Source of the DNA: Pseudobdellovibrionaceae bacterium
Lineage (GTDB): Bacteria; Bdellovibrionota; Bdellovibrionia; Bdellovibrionales; UBA1609
Length of the DNA: 64,000 nucleotides
Direction: 5' to 3'
Assembly (NCBI GenBank): GCA_030591685.1
Contig: JAUVAX010000002.1
Span: 1-64,000 of the forward strand
In this document: positions 41,821-50,863 of the stretch, piece after piece
How the letters are laid out: the number at the start of each line of letters is the position of its first letter
How positions within the stretch are numbered: position 1 is the first letter of the stretch
Notes under the pieces: model-generated
Database searches by the model: none
Told to the model about the DNA's origin: nothing
The model's input: the letters and a program-made list of their open reading frames with translations, nothing else
Translations under genes and position numbers: made by a program

Positions 41821-42243
41821 ATGGCGCGTAATACTTTATATATGGTCAGCGAGGACTATACACTAACACAACGATTTAAAATGTTTTGTGAGCAAAATGG
41901 AGTAGACTGTGAAGTCTTCACTCATCAGGAGTGGGAGGCACACAGAAGTACAGCTCAACCCAAGTTGTCTCAAGGACAAAGCCCTATTGAGCAACAGGGG
42001 GCTACGATAATTCCGTTTCCAAATGTTGGGAATTTTTCAGGTCCAGTCACCACTAAAGTTGAAGGCAAAGTGCGTACTATTAACGAGCTTGAAAGTATAG
42101 CTATCGAAAATGCAATTCATGAGTTTAACGGTAACCTTACAGAAGCGGCAAAGGCTTTAGGGATTGGTCGAGCGACTCTGTATAGAAAAGTAAAGCAATA
42201 TAATATTGACCCTTCTTCTGCGAGAAGAAAGAGAGCTTCATAA
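41821..42243 (+). CDS. Fis-type helix-turn-helix protein
   Basis: C-terminal GNLTEAAKALGIGRATLYRKVKQY HTH_8; no AAA+ domain; GGAGG RBS. Confidence 0.85.
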   Translation: MARNTLYMVSEDYTLTQRFKMFCEQNGVDCEVFTHQEWEAHRSTAQPKLSQGQSPIEQQGATIIPFPNVGNFSGPVTTKVEGKVRTINELESIAIENAIHEFNGNLTEAAKALGIGRATLYRKVKQYNIDPSSARRKRAS

Positions 42244-42271
42244 AGTATAATTGCTTTAATCAAATAAAGGT

Positions 42272-42306
42272 AAAAAGGCTAAGAGTTCAACTTGGCCTTT
42301 TTTTTT
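42272..42306 (+). terminator. Intrinsic terminator
   Basis: AAAAAGGCTAAG-agttcaa-CTTGGCCTTTTT followed by further Ts. Confidence 0.75.
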
Positions 42307-42311
42307 AATAT

Positions 42312-43541
42312 ATGAGAAATATAATTTTAGCTTTTATTTTGATCTTACTATGTGTTTTTTCAGGCTTTTCGTGGGCAAAGTATAGGCTTTATCAGGCGGG
42401 GTATAAGTCAGTTTGCTCACTTGTGTATAAAAAAATATTTTTACACAAAGAGATAACAGCTCCATGGTATAAGGAGTGCCTCAGCTCATCAAAGGCTGTG
42501 GCTCTAACAGACTCTAAGCAAAACATAATTACATATATTCAATCAAGTTTAGATCAGTTGAACTCTTCTCATTTATACGTTCAAACGCCAATTCAAAGAA
42601 ATTATCAAGAGCGGGGAGAGGTGCTTTCAACGGGTATTAAGGCTCATTGGGTAGAGGATGTGCTTGTTGTTAAAAAGGTAATCATTGGTTCAAGTGCTTA
42701 TAACAGGGGCCTTTTAAGGGGGGATATATTAGTTTCCGTGAATGGGGCACCCATGACAGACTCTTATGAAAGCTTTTATAAACAGGGACACTATATAATT
42801 AAAAGAGTCAGAGAGGGTGAGTCTAGAGAGCTTAAGTTTAATATTAAAAAAACAAAAAATCATGAAAGCATGAATCTTGAGCTGACAGAGCTAAACTCAT
42901 CACTGGCTCTGCTGAAGGTTCCTAGTTTTTACTCTAAAATTTTACAAAAAAAAGGCATTATAAAAATGGGAAAATCCTTGTCGGGTAAAAACCATATTAT
43001 TATAGACTGGAGGGGCAATGGGGGGGGGCATGTACTGTCGGCACTACGTCTGTTATCTCTTTTTACTTGTAAGGGGCAAATTGTTGGTGAAATGATTAAA
43101 CCGCACTCTCCATTAAATAAATTTGAACTCTTAAAGGACTTAGATGATTTTGGTGAGCAATATTTTAACTTTTATAATTTAAAAAAAATAAAACTACAGA
43201 CCTTTGGTGGGTATGGGTGTTTTAAGGGCAAGGTCAGTGTGGTCGTTGATGAGGAGACAGGTTCGGCAGCTGAAATTTTTGCTTTGGGCCTGCAAGAGCT
43301 CAAGCAGGCAAAGGTCTGGGGCTCAGAATCCTCAGGTCAAGCCGTTATGGCATTGAGGTACTCATTAAGTGAGCTGGGGCAGGGCTTTGCTGTTACGGTG
43401 CCTGAGGCTATGTACAGGTCTGATTCTGGCGCTGTCATTGAAGGACAGGGGGTCTACATTGATGAACATTATGACTTAAGTTTAACTAATGCCGTTTCAG
43501 GCAAGGATGCGCTTATTGAGGAAGTGGTAAACTCAAATTAA
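42312..43541 (+). CDS. S41-family (tail-specific) peptidase with PDZ domain
   Basis: GL..GD.LVSVNG PDZ, IIDWRGNGGG, TGSAAEIF and IEGQGV motifs. Confidence 0.85.
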   Translation: MRNIILAFILILLCVFSGFSWAKYRLYQAGYKSVCSLVYKKIFLHKEITAPWYKECLSSSKAVALTDSKQNIITYIQSSLDQLNSSHLYVQTPIQRNYQERGEVLSTGIKAHWVEDVLVVKKVIIGSSAYNRGLLRGDILVSVNGAPMTDSYESFYKQGHYIIKRVREGESRELKFNIKKTKNHESMNLELTELNSSLALLKVPSFYSKILQKKGIIKMGKSLSGKNHIIIDWRGNGGGHVLSALRLLSLFTCKGQIVGEMIKPHSPLNKFELLKDLDDFGEQYFNFYNLKKIKLQTFGGYGCFKGKVSVVVDEETGSAAEIFALGLQELKQAKVWGSESSGQAVMALRYSLSELGQGFAVTVPEAMYRSDSGAVIEGQGVYIDEHYDLSLTNAVSGKDALIEEVVNSN

Positions 43542-43664
43542 GGTCTTAATTATTTACTTTTAAGCACTCAAAAATAAACTAATGTTGATGATCCTAGAAC
43601 CTCGTTATACTATGATATAAGAATGTCACTGTAGACGGACTTTTGTCTGCTCTTGTAGGAGAAA

Positions 43665-44543
43665 ATGGGTAAAGGTAAGCAAATATTAGTTGTTGATGAT
43701 GATAATGACATTTTGGATTTATATACCGAAGTGATCGGCTCGGTATCCGGATTTCATATAGTTACAGCTCAAGATGGTGTTGATGCCTATAGAAAAGCCA
43801 GAATTGTAAAGTATGATTTAATTTGTACAGATTTTAAAATGCCAAAGCTTAATGGTGTTCAGCTGATCTCAGCACTTCGTGAAAATGATTTTAACAAATC
43901 AACTCCTATAATTATTGCAACAGGGTACTCCACAGAGGCGAGAACTCTTTGTAAACAATCAGGGGTTAGAAATATCCAGTTTTTAGAAAAACCTTTTGAT
44001 AAAGAGATGTTAAAGGCTGTTATTAATCAACTCACAACAGAAAGCGCAAAGGGCCCTAGCCAAGCTAAATTTAAGGTCACAGCCGAGTTTTTAGCCGCCT
44101 TTGTTGAGGCAACAAAAGAGCTATTTACTAAAATGTTGGACGCTAAGGATATAAAAATATTATCTAAAGAAGCGGTGGATTTTAATAATCTACAAATTGA
44201 TATTACTTCTAATATGCAAATGATTACAGAGAAGTATCATATTTATATTGTACTCGCCTTCCCTAAAGAGACGTTCTTTAAAGTTGTTGAAAGCATGTTA
44301 GGTGAGGTTTATACCGAAATTGAGCCAGACATTGAAGACGCTATTGCTGAAGTGTTAAATATTCTTTACTGCAATGCTCAAAAATCATTTTTAACAAGTG
44401 ATTTAGTAGTGAGTAAAACTCCTCCAAAAGCGACCTCTGGTAGTGCGGCATGGATTGAGGCCAGTCAGGGTAAATTTATACCCATTGCTTTTGAGAGCAG
44501 CATTGGTCAGTTTTACATTGGTTTTAATGTAAAAGCCGTTTGA
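43665..44543 (+). CDS. Response regulator fused to CheX-like phosphatase domain
   Basis: REC (VVDDD, TDFKMP, KPF) plus C-terminal DAIAEVLN (ExxN). Confidence 0.85.
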   Translation: MGKGKQILVVDDDNDILDLYTEVIGSVSGFHIVTAQDGVDAYRKARIVKYDLICTDFKMPKLNGVQLISALRENDFNKSTPIIIATGYSTEARTLCKQSGVRNIQFLEKPFDKEMLKAVINQLTTESAKGPSQAKFKVTAEFLAAFVEATKELFTKMLDAKDIKILSKEAVDFNNLQIDITSNMQMITEKYHIYIVLAFPKETFFKVVESMLGEVYTEIEPDIEDAIAEVLNILYCNAQKSFLTSDLVVSKTPPKATSGSAAWIEASQGKFIPIAFESSIGQFYIGFNVKAV

Positions 44544-44835
44544 TCCTTAGTCCTAAACACGCAAATTTTAAATTAAATGAGTATTCTTTACTTAAGTACA
44601 CTGGCCTGCCTTTTAAGTATAATATGCTGTCATTCTCTAAGTGGGCTTAAAATACTAAAAAATAGGGTTTCTAAGGGCAATAAAATGGGCATAGACATTG
44701 TTTTTAAGCTGAAGGCCCATAAATTTTAACTAAAACATTATAAAGTGCATGGACGAACACTGTGCCTTTCGTGTAAGGTAGGTCCTTTAATAGTAATTGT
44801 ATAGTTTAACTTTTTTTGGCGGGAGCCGTTTTCAA

Positions 44836-45996
44836 TTGTCATCGATTTCAAAAACAACTAAAACCTATTGGCCTTATATTATTGCAGCCTATGGATCTTT
44901 ATTGGCCTTTGGGTTTATGGATAATATACGCGGCCCCTTTTACGATGACATTCTAACAGGTCTTCAATTAACTCCCGCGAAGGGGGCGTTGTTTTTTTCA
45001 GTGACCTCATTTATGGGTTTTATAACCTGTAATTTTACGCCCTTTTTACTCCGTCGCTACTCCGTACTCAATGTTTTAAGAGCAGCCCTATTACTGATGT
45101 TCATTGGTTTTTTTGGTTATGGATTTGTTGAAAACTTAAGTGACATGATTATTTGTAGCTTTATTTACGGTAGCGGATTTGGGATCAACAGTGTCGTTCA
45201 TAACTATGCCATACAGGTTGGAGCGGCCCCAAAGGCGAGAAAAAAGCTATTCTCTGGCCTACATGCAAACTTTGCTTTTGCTTCGATTATAGCGCCTTTG
45301 ATTGCTAGTTTTTTATCAGGGTACTCTTGGAACAAAGTTTTTATGGTGTTTGCGCTGCTCCCACTTGTTGCTTTTATAGCTACTTTTATGGCAAAAGATC
45401 GGCCCAAAGTTGAGGAGTCATCTTTAAAGCCCGTGTTTTCTAAGAGGCTTTACTTGCATGCGTTATTTTTTGCACTCTTGTTTTCTCTATATTTGTGGGG
45501 AGAGTTAAGCGTGGCCACTCGATTGGTTTTGTATTTAAAAACAAGCGCTGAGTACAGTCACCAAGAGGCGAATTTATTTTTAACATTATTTTTTGTGGGG
45601 CTGTTTGTGGGGCGCCTCATAACAACAAAATATCAGCCCCCATTATCAACTCTTTGGTTTTTGATAATATGTCTCTTTGTTTCAGCATTAAGTTATTATT
45701 TAGGGCTTGTGCTGTCGCCATTATGGATATGCGCGAGCGGGCTATTTATGGCCCCCTGTTTCCCTCTTTATATGGAGTATTTATCTCAAAAATTTGGGGC
45801 ACTCTCGGGCTCCGCCATGGCCCTGTCTATGGCGATAAGCTCTCTTGGGATAGTAGTTATGCATAGTGTGATTGGAGCTCTTTCAGAGGAGTATTCTTTA
45901 AAAACAGCTCTCTATGTGGGGCCTGCCGCTCTCACCGTATTAGCTTTGGGACTAGTTATCCACCGAATTATATTTAAAGACAAAGATCTGGTTTAA
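44836..45996 (+). CDS. MFS transporter
   Basis: About 12 TM helices in two halves; GGGAG RBS before TTG 44836. Confidence 0.85.
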   Translation: MSSISKTTKTYWPYIIAAYGSLLAFGFMDNIRGPFYDDILTGLQLTPAKGALFFSVTSFMGFITCNFTPFLLRRYSVLNVLRAALLLMFIGFFGYGFVENLSDMIICSFIYGSGFGINSVVHNYAIQVGAAPKARKKLFSGLHANFAFASIIAPLIASFLSGYSWNKVFMVFALLPLVAFIATFMAKDRPKVEESSLKPVFSKRLYLHALFFALLFSLYLWGELSVATRLVLYLKTSAEYSHQEANLFLTLFFVGLFVGRLITTKYQPPLSTLWFLIICLFVSALSYYLGLVLSPLWICASGLFMAPCFPLYMEYLSQKFGALSGSAMALSMAISSLGIVVMHSVIGALSEEYSLKTALYVGPAALTVLALGLVIHRIIFKDKDLV

Positions 45997-46114
45997 AAAA
46001 TAAACTCATTTTTAGTAGGGTGCTTTTAGAGCCATAACGGTAGTGAACTTTTATTTTTGACGAGGTTCATTTTTAATAATAATATTTTAATGTGTCAAAA
46101 TTTTGGTTTTTAAT

Positions 46115-46327
46115 TCATTGAAGTGTATGGTTCTTGACTCTGGTTTTAATTTTACAACTTGGGCAGCTGGCTTGTTCAGTAAGTGAGAGATCTTCTAGAT
46201 TAAGTTCAAACACCTGTATATAGATATCAGATCCGCACAATGCGCACACATGCTGGTTTTCAATAAAAGCAAGATGCTTGAGGTTGTTTTTGCTTCCCTT
46301 GTTTGTCCATATATTTTCTTGATTCAT
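46115..46327 (-). CDS. Small zinc-ribbon protein
   Basis: CALC..CPSC motif; GAGG RBS. Confidence 0.65.
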   Translation of the reverse strand: MNQENIWTNKGSKNNLKHLAFIENQHVCALCGSDIYIQVFELNLEDLSLTEQASCPSCKIKTRVKNHTLQ

Positions 46328-46543
46328 TAGTTCCTCGTTTGAAAAATGTTAATCACCCACCTATTATGCAAAGTTGGTTGCAGCACCTTGGGCTAGAGAT
46401 AAATTAGGAGTCTATGAGTGCAAATTAGAGGTATTGAGGCACTCCAATAGGAGAGCCAATAGACCCTATTATTTAAAGGCGATAGTTTTTAGTACAACAC
46501 TGCTGAAGGTAACTTGGCTGTGGGTGAGGTCAAAACGGCCCTT

Positions 46544-47512
46544 TTATAGGGACACAATTTTTTTTAAGGCACTTATTGCGGCTATGCTAAAGGTGAGACC
46601 TAAGTTTTCGCTCAAGTGAATAAAGGCCTCTTTGGGGGTCATTGGGTTTAGGTACTCAGGTGTTTTAACGGTGAAGTCGGCAAATAGACCCGCTATAATA
46701 ACAATCTCAGATAAGGGGTGAATATGAGTGGCCTTAAGGTGTCTTGGAAACCCTGAACCATCCGGAAGCTCCTCATGCTGTAAAACGATATCGAGTGCTT
46801 TTTTGTCAATAGCGGGGATTTGACTGAGCATCTTGTGCCCAACAATAGGGTGAGACAGGTAAAGGTTTCTGTTATTAAGGTTCATGTCTTCAAATGACAT
46901 TTTTAAAATAGCTTTAGGCAGTTGAGTTAGGCCTACATCACGAAGAAGAGAACCTGTCGCCAATGAATTAAGAGCATAGGTAGATACATGACTTATTTGA
47001 TCGCCCATCATCACAGAAACAAAGGATGTAGCCACTGATTTTTTAAATAACAAACTATCAAAGTTGGTTAGGAGGTTAATAACCTCAGAGACATTTTTAT
47101 AACTGTGCAAGTACTCTTGATTAACCTGTATAAGAGCTTTGGCTCTTAAGTAGGTGTGTGGTGAAAAACCAATATTAGAAATTTCTGAAAATAAAGAGTT
47201 GGAGGCTTTTAATACGAGTTTTGTTTTTTGCTTATCTGTGACTTTAGGGTGCTTAAGCGCGGCACCTGCGAATGAAATATTTCTTAAAGTGAACAAATGA
47301 AGACTTTGTTTTTTGACCCAATAATGATTTAGCTCTCGTCGTTGGTGAGACTCTATCTGATCCATGTCAGGGTTTTCACCATGTTTATAAAGTCGCACGT
47401 ATTTTGTGTCAGAAAGTTTTACATAAATATCAGTAAGGTTAGGACGGCCAGGGATAAGGTCGTTAATTGAAATAGGGGCCATGCTTTGGGGGTCAACAAT
47501 CATCTGATTCAT
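46544..47512 (-). CDS. Degenerate HD-GYP domain protein
   Basis: LLRDVG in place of HD, QHEELPDGSGFP in place of HHE..GYP. Confidence 0.8.
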   Translation of the reverse strand: MNQMIVDPQSMAPISINDLIPGRPNLTDIYVKLSDTKYVRLYKHGENPDMDQIESHQRRELNHYWVKKQSLHLFTLRNISFAGAALKHPKVTDKQKTKLVLKASNSLFSEISNIGFSPHTYLRAKALIQVNQEYLHSYKNVSEVINLLTNFDSLLFKKSVATSFVSVMMGDQISHVSTYALNSLATGSLLRDVGLTQLPKAILKMSFEDMNLNNRNLYLSHPIVGHKMLSQIPAIDKKALDIVLQHEELPDGSGFPRHLKATHIHPLSEIVIIAGLFADFTVKTPEYLNPMTPKEAFIHLSENLGLTFSIAAISALKKIVSL

Positions 47513-47712
47513 ACCTCATTTGTTTTGCAGACTCCATGCCAGGGCAAAAGCCTTGATTACTCTATTAATGGCTGTCAATGGCATAAAAAGATTACAAAAA
47601 AAGTCACTCTTTTAAAACCAATCAACAGGCCGCATTTTAAACACCTTTAAAGGTATTTTGAGTAAAAGTTTTGTTGATTTATTTTCTCTTAATAGAGTAC
47701 CTTTATCAAGCG

Positions 47713-48225
47713 ATGCTCATAAAACCTGGTATTAATAATTATGCTATTTTGAAAACTCCCTGGAATGTAAACTTATGTATAATTTGGTCTATGAAGGGAG
47801 TGAGTGAGTGTCGGTTTTTAAAAGCGTCGCTGGTCAAAAAAACTCGACTTAAGTTCATTGAGTCTGGGTTTGTTGAGAATGGTAAGCATGCACGCAAACT
47901 TTTAGATAATGCCTTAAGTGTTCAAACGAATGATTTAAAATTTGACCTTGCCGGAAGCGTATTTCAAAAAAAAGTATGGAGGGCTCTTTTAAAAATCCCG
48001 TTTGGGGAGACCTTCTCTTATAAAGAACTCTCTCAAATAATTAGTCAGCCTAAAGCCAGTCGAGCTGTGGGGCAGGCGTTAAATAAAAACCCAGTTTGTT
48101 TACTTTTACCCTGTCATCGAATTATAAAAAGCGATGGTCAAGTGGGCGGGTTTGCAGGGGGCGTCCTGTTAAAAAAACGAATACTGTTATGGGAAAAGAG
48201 CAAAAAAAACGCCAACAATAAGTAG
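47713..48225 (+). CDS. ogt: Methylated-DNA--protein-cysteine methyltransferase
   Basis: FQKKVW..IPFG..SY, RAVG..NP and PCHR active site; ATG 47713 preferred. Confidence 0.9.
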   Translation: MLIKPGINNYAILKTPWNVNLCIIWSMKGVSECRFLKASLVKKTRLKFIESGFVENGKHARKLLDNALSVQTNDLKFDLAGSVFQKKVWRALLKIPFGETFSYKELSQIISQPKASRAVGQALNKNPVCLLLPCHRIIKSDGQVGGFAGGVLLKKRILLWEKSKKNANNK

Positions 48226-48236
48226 GCGTTTTTTTT
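48202..48236. terminator. Bidirectional intrinsic terminator between ogt and rpsD
   Basis: AAAAAAAACGCC-N11-GGCGTTTTTTTT. Confidence 0.7.
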
Positions 48237-48262
48237 AATTCTATTTTTATAAAATGAGCGAA

Positions 48263-48901
48263 CTAAGCTTTTCTTGCCGCATAGTACTCTGTGAACAGGC
48301 CTGAATCAAAAGGGAATGGGACGTGCTCAAGATTTGGGACAGTTAAAATGGTACCGACCTCTTTGCCGTCTTCGTCATCTTTTTTTACATAGTCAGGTGT
48401 TTCTAAGCGCTGATTTTGCTGGGCATAAAGGTACGTTTGCCCTTCATAGGCTTTATCGATAAGGCTAATCTTAGAGCCTGTCGGCGCTACAAATGAGGAG
48501 ATGTTAACAACCTTACCATCCACCTTTACGTGGCCATGACTTACAATTTGTCGAGCCGCTCTCATGCTCGGGGCAAAGCCCAATCTAAAAACTAAGTTAT
48601 CTAATCGGCACTCTAAACGGCCAATAAGTTTTGTGACCCAGGCATCCTTGCCGGACCCTTTTTTAGAGTCACGAATAAAACGACGAAGCTGTTTTTCTCT
48701 TAAAGCATAGTGCTGGCGAATTTTTTGTTTTTCTTCAAGGCGAAGGGCAAAATCAGAATACTTTCGTCTTCTGTTGCCGTTTTCTCCGGGGGGGTAGGGT
48801 CGTCTTTCGAGAGCTCCTGGCTTTCCGAGCCCAGGGATCTCAATACCGAGACGCCTTTGAATTTTAAATCTAGCAACACTGCTGGAGGTTTTTTTTGACA
48901 T
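48263..48901 (-). CDS. rpsD: 30S ribosomal protein S4 (stand-alone, no Zn-binding Cys motif)
   Basis: RRPYPPG, SDFALRLEEKQK, LECRLDNLVFRLGFA..ARQIVSHGH and EYY motifs. Confidence 0.95.
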   Translation of the reverse strand: MSKKTSSSVARFKIQRRLGIEIPGLGKPGALERRPYPPGENGNRRRKYSDFALRLEEKQKIRQHYALREKQLRRFIRDSKKGSGKDAWVTKLIGRLECRLDNLVFRLGFAPSMRAARQIVSHGHVKVDGKVVNISSFVAPTGSKISLIDKAYEGQTYLYAQQNQRLETPDYVKKDDEDGKEVGTILTVPNLEHVPFPFDSGLFTEYYAARKA

Positions 48902-49303
48902 AGTTTTAATCCTTGTTTGGTGTATTGGTGAGTTTGTTGTCCTTCATTAGTTTTGCCAATACTTTCAGATCAAAAGCTAAGAAGGTGATGTCCCCAAATG
49001 GTCCATCAAAACCTGTAAGTGTAAGCTTATAGGGGATTTTTAGGGCGAGGGCAATGAGTATTTAGCCCCATTCCTCTAAAAACAGGAGCGCCCATTAGCA
49101 GTGGAGCCTTAATTTGAAACAAGTCAGGGGGCTTTATTATGGGGAGTTACACCAGTGAGACACGCTAACTGCATGTAACCACAGGTTATTTATTGATCCC
49201 GAGGAAAGTGTCGAACTTTTAGTGATTCATTTCTCTTAATGCACCTAAGACCCTTTAAGAAGCGGGTTTGAGCAGGTAAAATTAAATAATAAGGGAGGCC
49301 TGC

Positions 49304-50449
49304 TTGAAAGATGCTCGTTTGCTGTTGGTCTTATTACTATGGATATTTACCTTTCCAGGGTGTTTACTCTCTGGAGGGGGTGACAGTCTCAGTGTGGGGC
49401 CTACTGTTATTACAGAGCTCCCCGATCCAGACACCTATACCTGTAACCCTTTAACTGATTATTCTGAAGACGGTTCACTGAGCGAGGGCCATGGTGTTCT
49501 CGCCAACCTTTTTTACTTAACAGATGATATGCCGCACTTTCGTACGGTCTATGATTATTTTGATTTTGGCGTGCCTGTAGAGGGTTTAAATTTATACTTT
49601 AATAAAATTGATATTCGTACAAGACCCTTTGATCGAGGTTTTGTAACTCGTTCCGGTTTAACAGTAACTAATGAACAGGACAACACGCTCTACGAATACT
49701 TTGCCCTAAATTTTAATGGCCAAATACAGCTTTCAGAGAATATGCCTGATGGTGATTACCAAATGGCACTTTTGGCTGACGATGGAGCCGTACTGTCACT
49801 TGATACCGGCGAGGGGCAAGAGGTATTAATTGATAATGATGGCAATCATCCCACGCAAATGGGTTGTTCTACTCAGAGAGTGACTTTTGAAAAGGGAGTG
49901 CCCAGGTCATTTAACTTAAAGTACTACCAAGGACCTAGGTTTCACATTGCACTTGTTGTTATGTGGCGCCCTTGGCCTGAAAATGAAGACGATGTTGATG
50001 ACCATCTTTGTGGCCAAAGAGGCAATGGTTTATTTTATGACTCTAGACAAGACCCTCCAAAACCAGAGGCGGCTTTTTTTGACCTACAGAGTAGAGGGTG
50101 GTCAGTGATTGGAGATGATAATTATTATTTACCCGGTTGGGACACCTCAAACCCTTGTAATGCTCCGGCTCCCGTTGTCAGCTCTTATCAGGTCCAAGAA
50201 ACAACGGTCAGTTCAGTTACAGTAAAGTGGCTCACGGACATACCGGCCTCAAGTGACCTTGTTGTTAAAAATGTAATTACAGGTGAAATTGTCACTACAA
50301 CTGAAGCTCCTGAATTTGTAACTGAGCACATTTACACAGTAGAGGGGCTAACGAGTTATACCCTTTATGATATTTTTGTGGTTTCAAAATCAACCTCCGG
50401 CTTAGAGGGTCAGTCGTCATCTTTTAGAGTTCGAACCAAGTACGAGTAA
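49304..50449 (+). CDS. PA14-like plus fibronectin type III domain lipoprotein
   Basis: FPGC lipobox-like motif; YQMALLADDGAVL, IDNDGNH and LKYYQGP (PA14-like); C-terminal VKW..EGL...TLY (FN3). Confidence 0.75.
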   Translation: MKDARLLLVLLLWIFTFPGCLLSGGGDSLSVGPTVITELPDPDTYTCNPLTDYSEDGSLSEGHGVLANLFYLTDDMPHFRTVYDYFDFGVPVEGLNLYFNKIDIRTRPFDRGFVTRSGLTVTNEQDNTLYEYFALNFNGQIQLSENMPDGDYQMALLADDGAVLSLDTGEGQEVLIDNDGNHPTQMGCSTQRVTFEKGVPRSFNLKYYQGPRFHIALVVMWRPWPENEDDVDDHLCGQRGNGLFYDSRQDPPKPEAAFFDLQSRGWSVIGDDNYYLPGWDTSNPCNAPAPVVSSYQVQETTVSSVTVKWLTDIPASSDLVVKNVITGEIVTTTEAPEFVTEHIYTVEGLTSYTLYDIFVVSKSTSGLEGQSSSFRVRTKYE

Positions 50450-50849
50450 GACTTTAAGCGTAGGGCCTTGATACCTTATGGGTAAAGGACTTAAGAGTAA
50501 TGCCTGTGTAAATAGAACTCGCTTTGTCGGGCACAGCTTACAATCGGTTTTCTAAAAATTATATTTTAACACCAAAAAACTAAAGGTCCAGTTTTTGTGT
50601 TTAGGCCTTAATCAATAAGTGAGGCTCATTGGTATTTTCTGTCTTACATGAGCGACCTTTTCTTTGCCTATGGCCTTAGTGCTTTAGATGATTATACTTT
50701 TGTATGTAAAATCAGAGGGATATAAGTAGCGGTGAAAACTGGAGAGGCAAATATCTAGAACGAGCAAAAAAAGTTTAATTTATAGTCAAAATTTTAAACA
50801 GTTTCCAGATCAAAGTCGAGCTTAATATATTCACTTAGGACTGCCTAGT

Positions 50850-50857
50850 GCCGATAA
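50850..50857 (+). promoter_or_regulatory. Sigma28 -10 element
   Basis: Perfect GCCGATAA 6 nt upstream of GTG 50864; -35 poor. Confidence 0.45.
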
Positions 50858-50863
50858 GTAAAT

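Noticed and set aside
46367..46382. Sigma54-like TGCAACCAACTTTGCA upstream of the small zinc-ribbon gene
   Set aside because: Lacks the near-invariant -24 GG
46374..46619. 81-aa plus-strand ORF
   Set aside because: TTG start, no RBS, overlaps the HD-GYP 3' end, no motif
50724..50746. GTAGCGGTGAAA resembling a 16S rRNA segment
   Set aside because: Only about 12 nt with no flanking rRNA similarity; chance match
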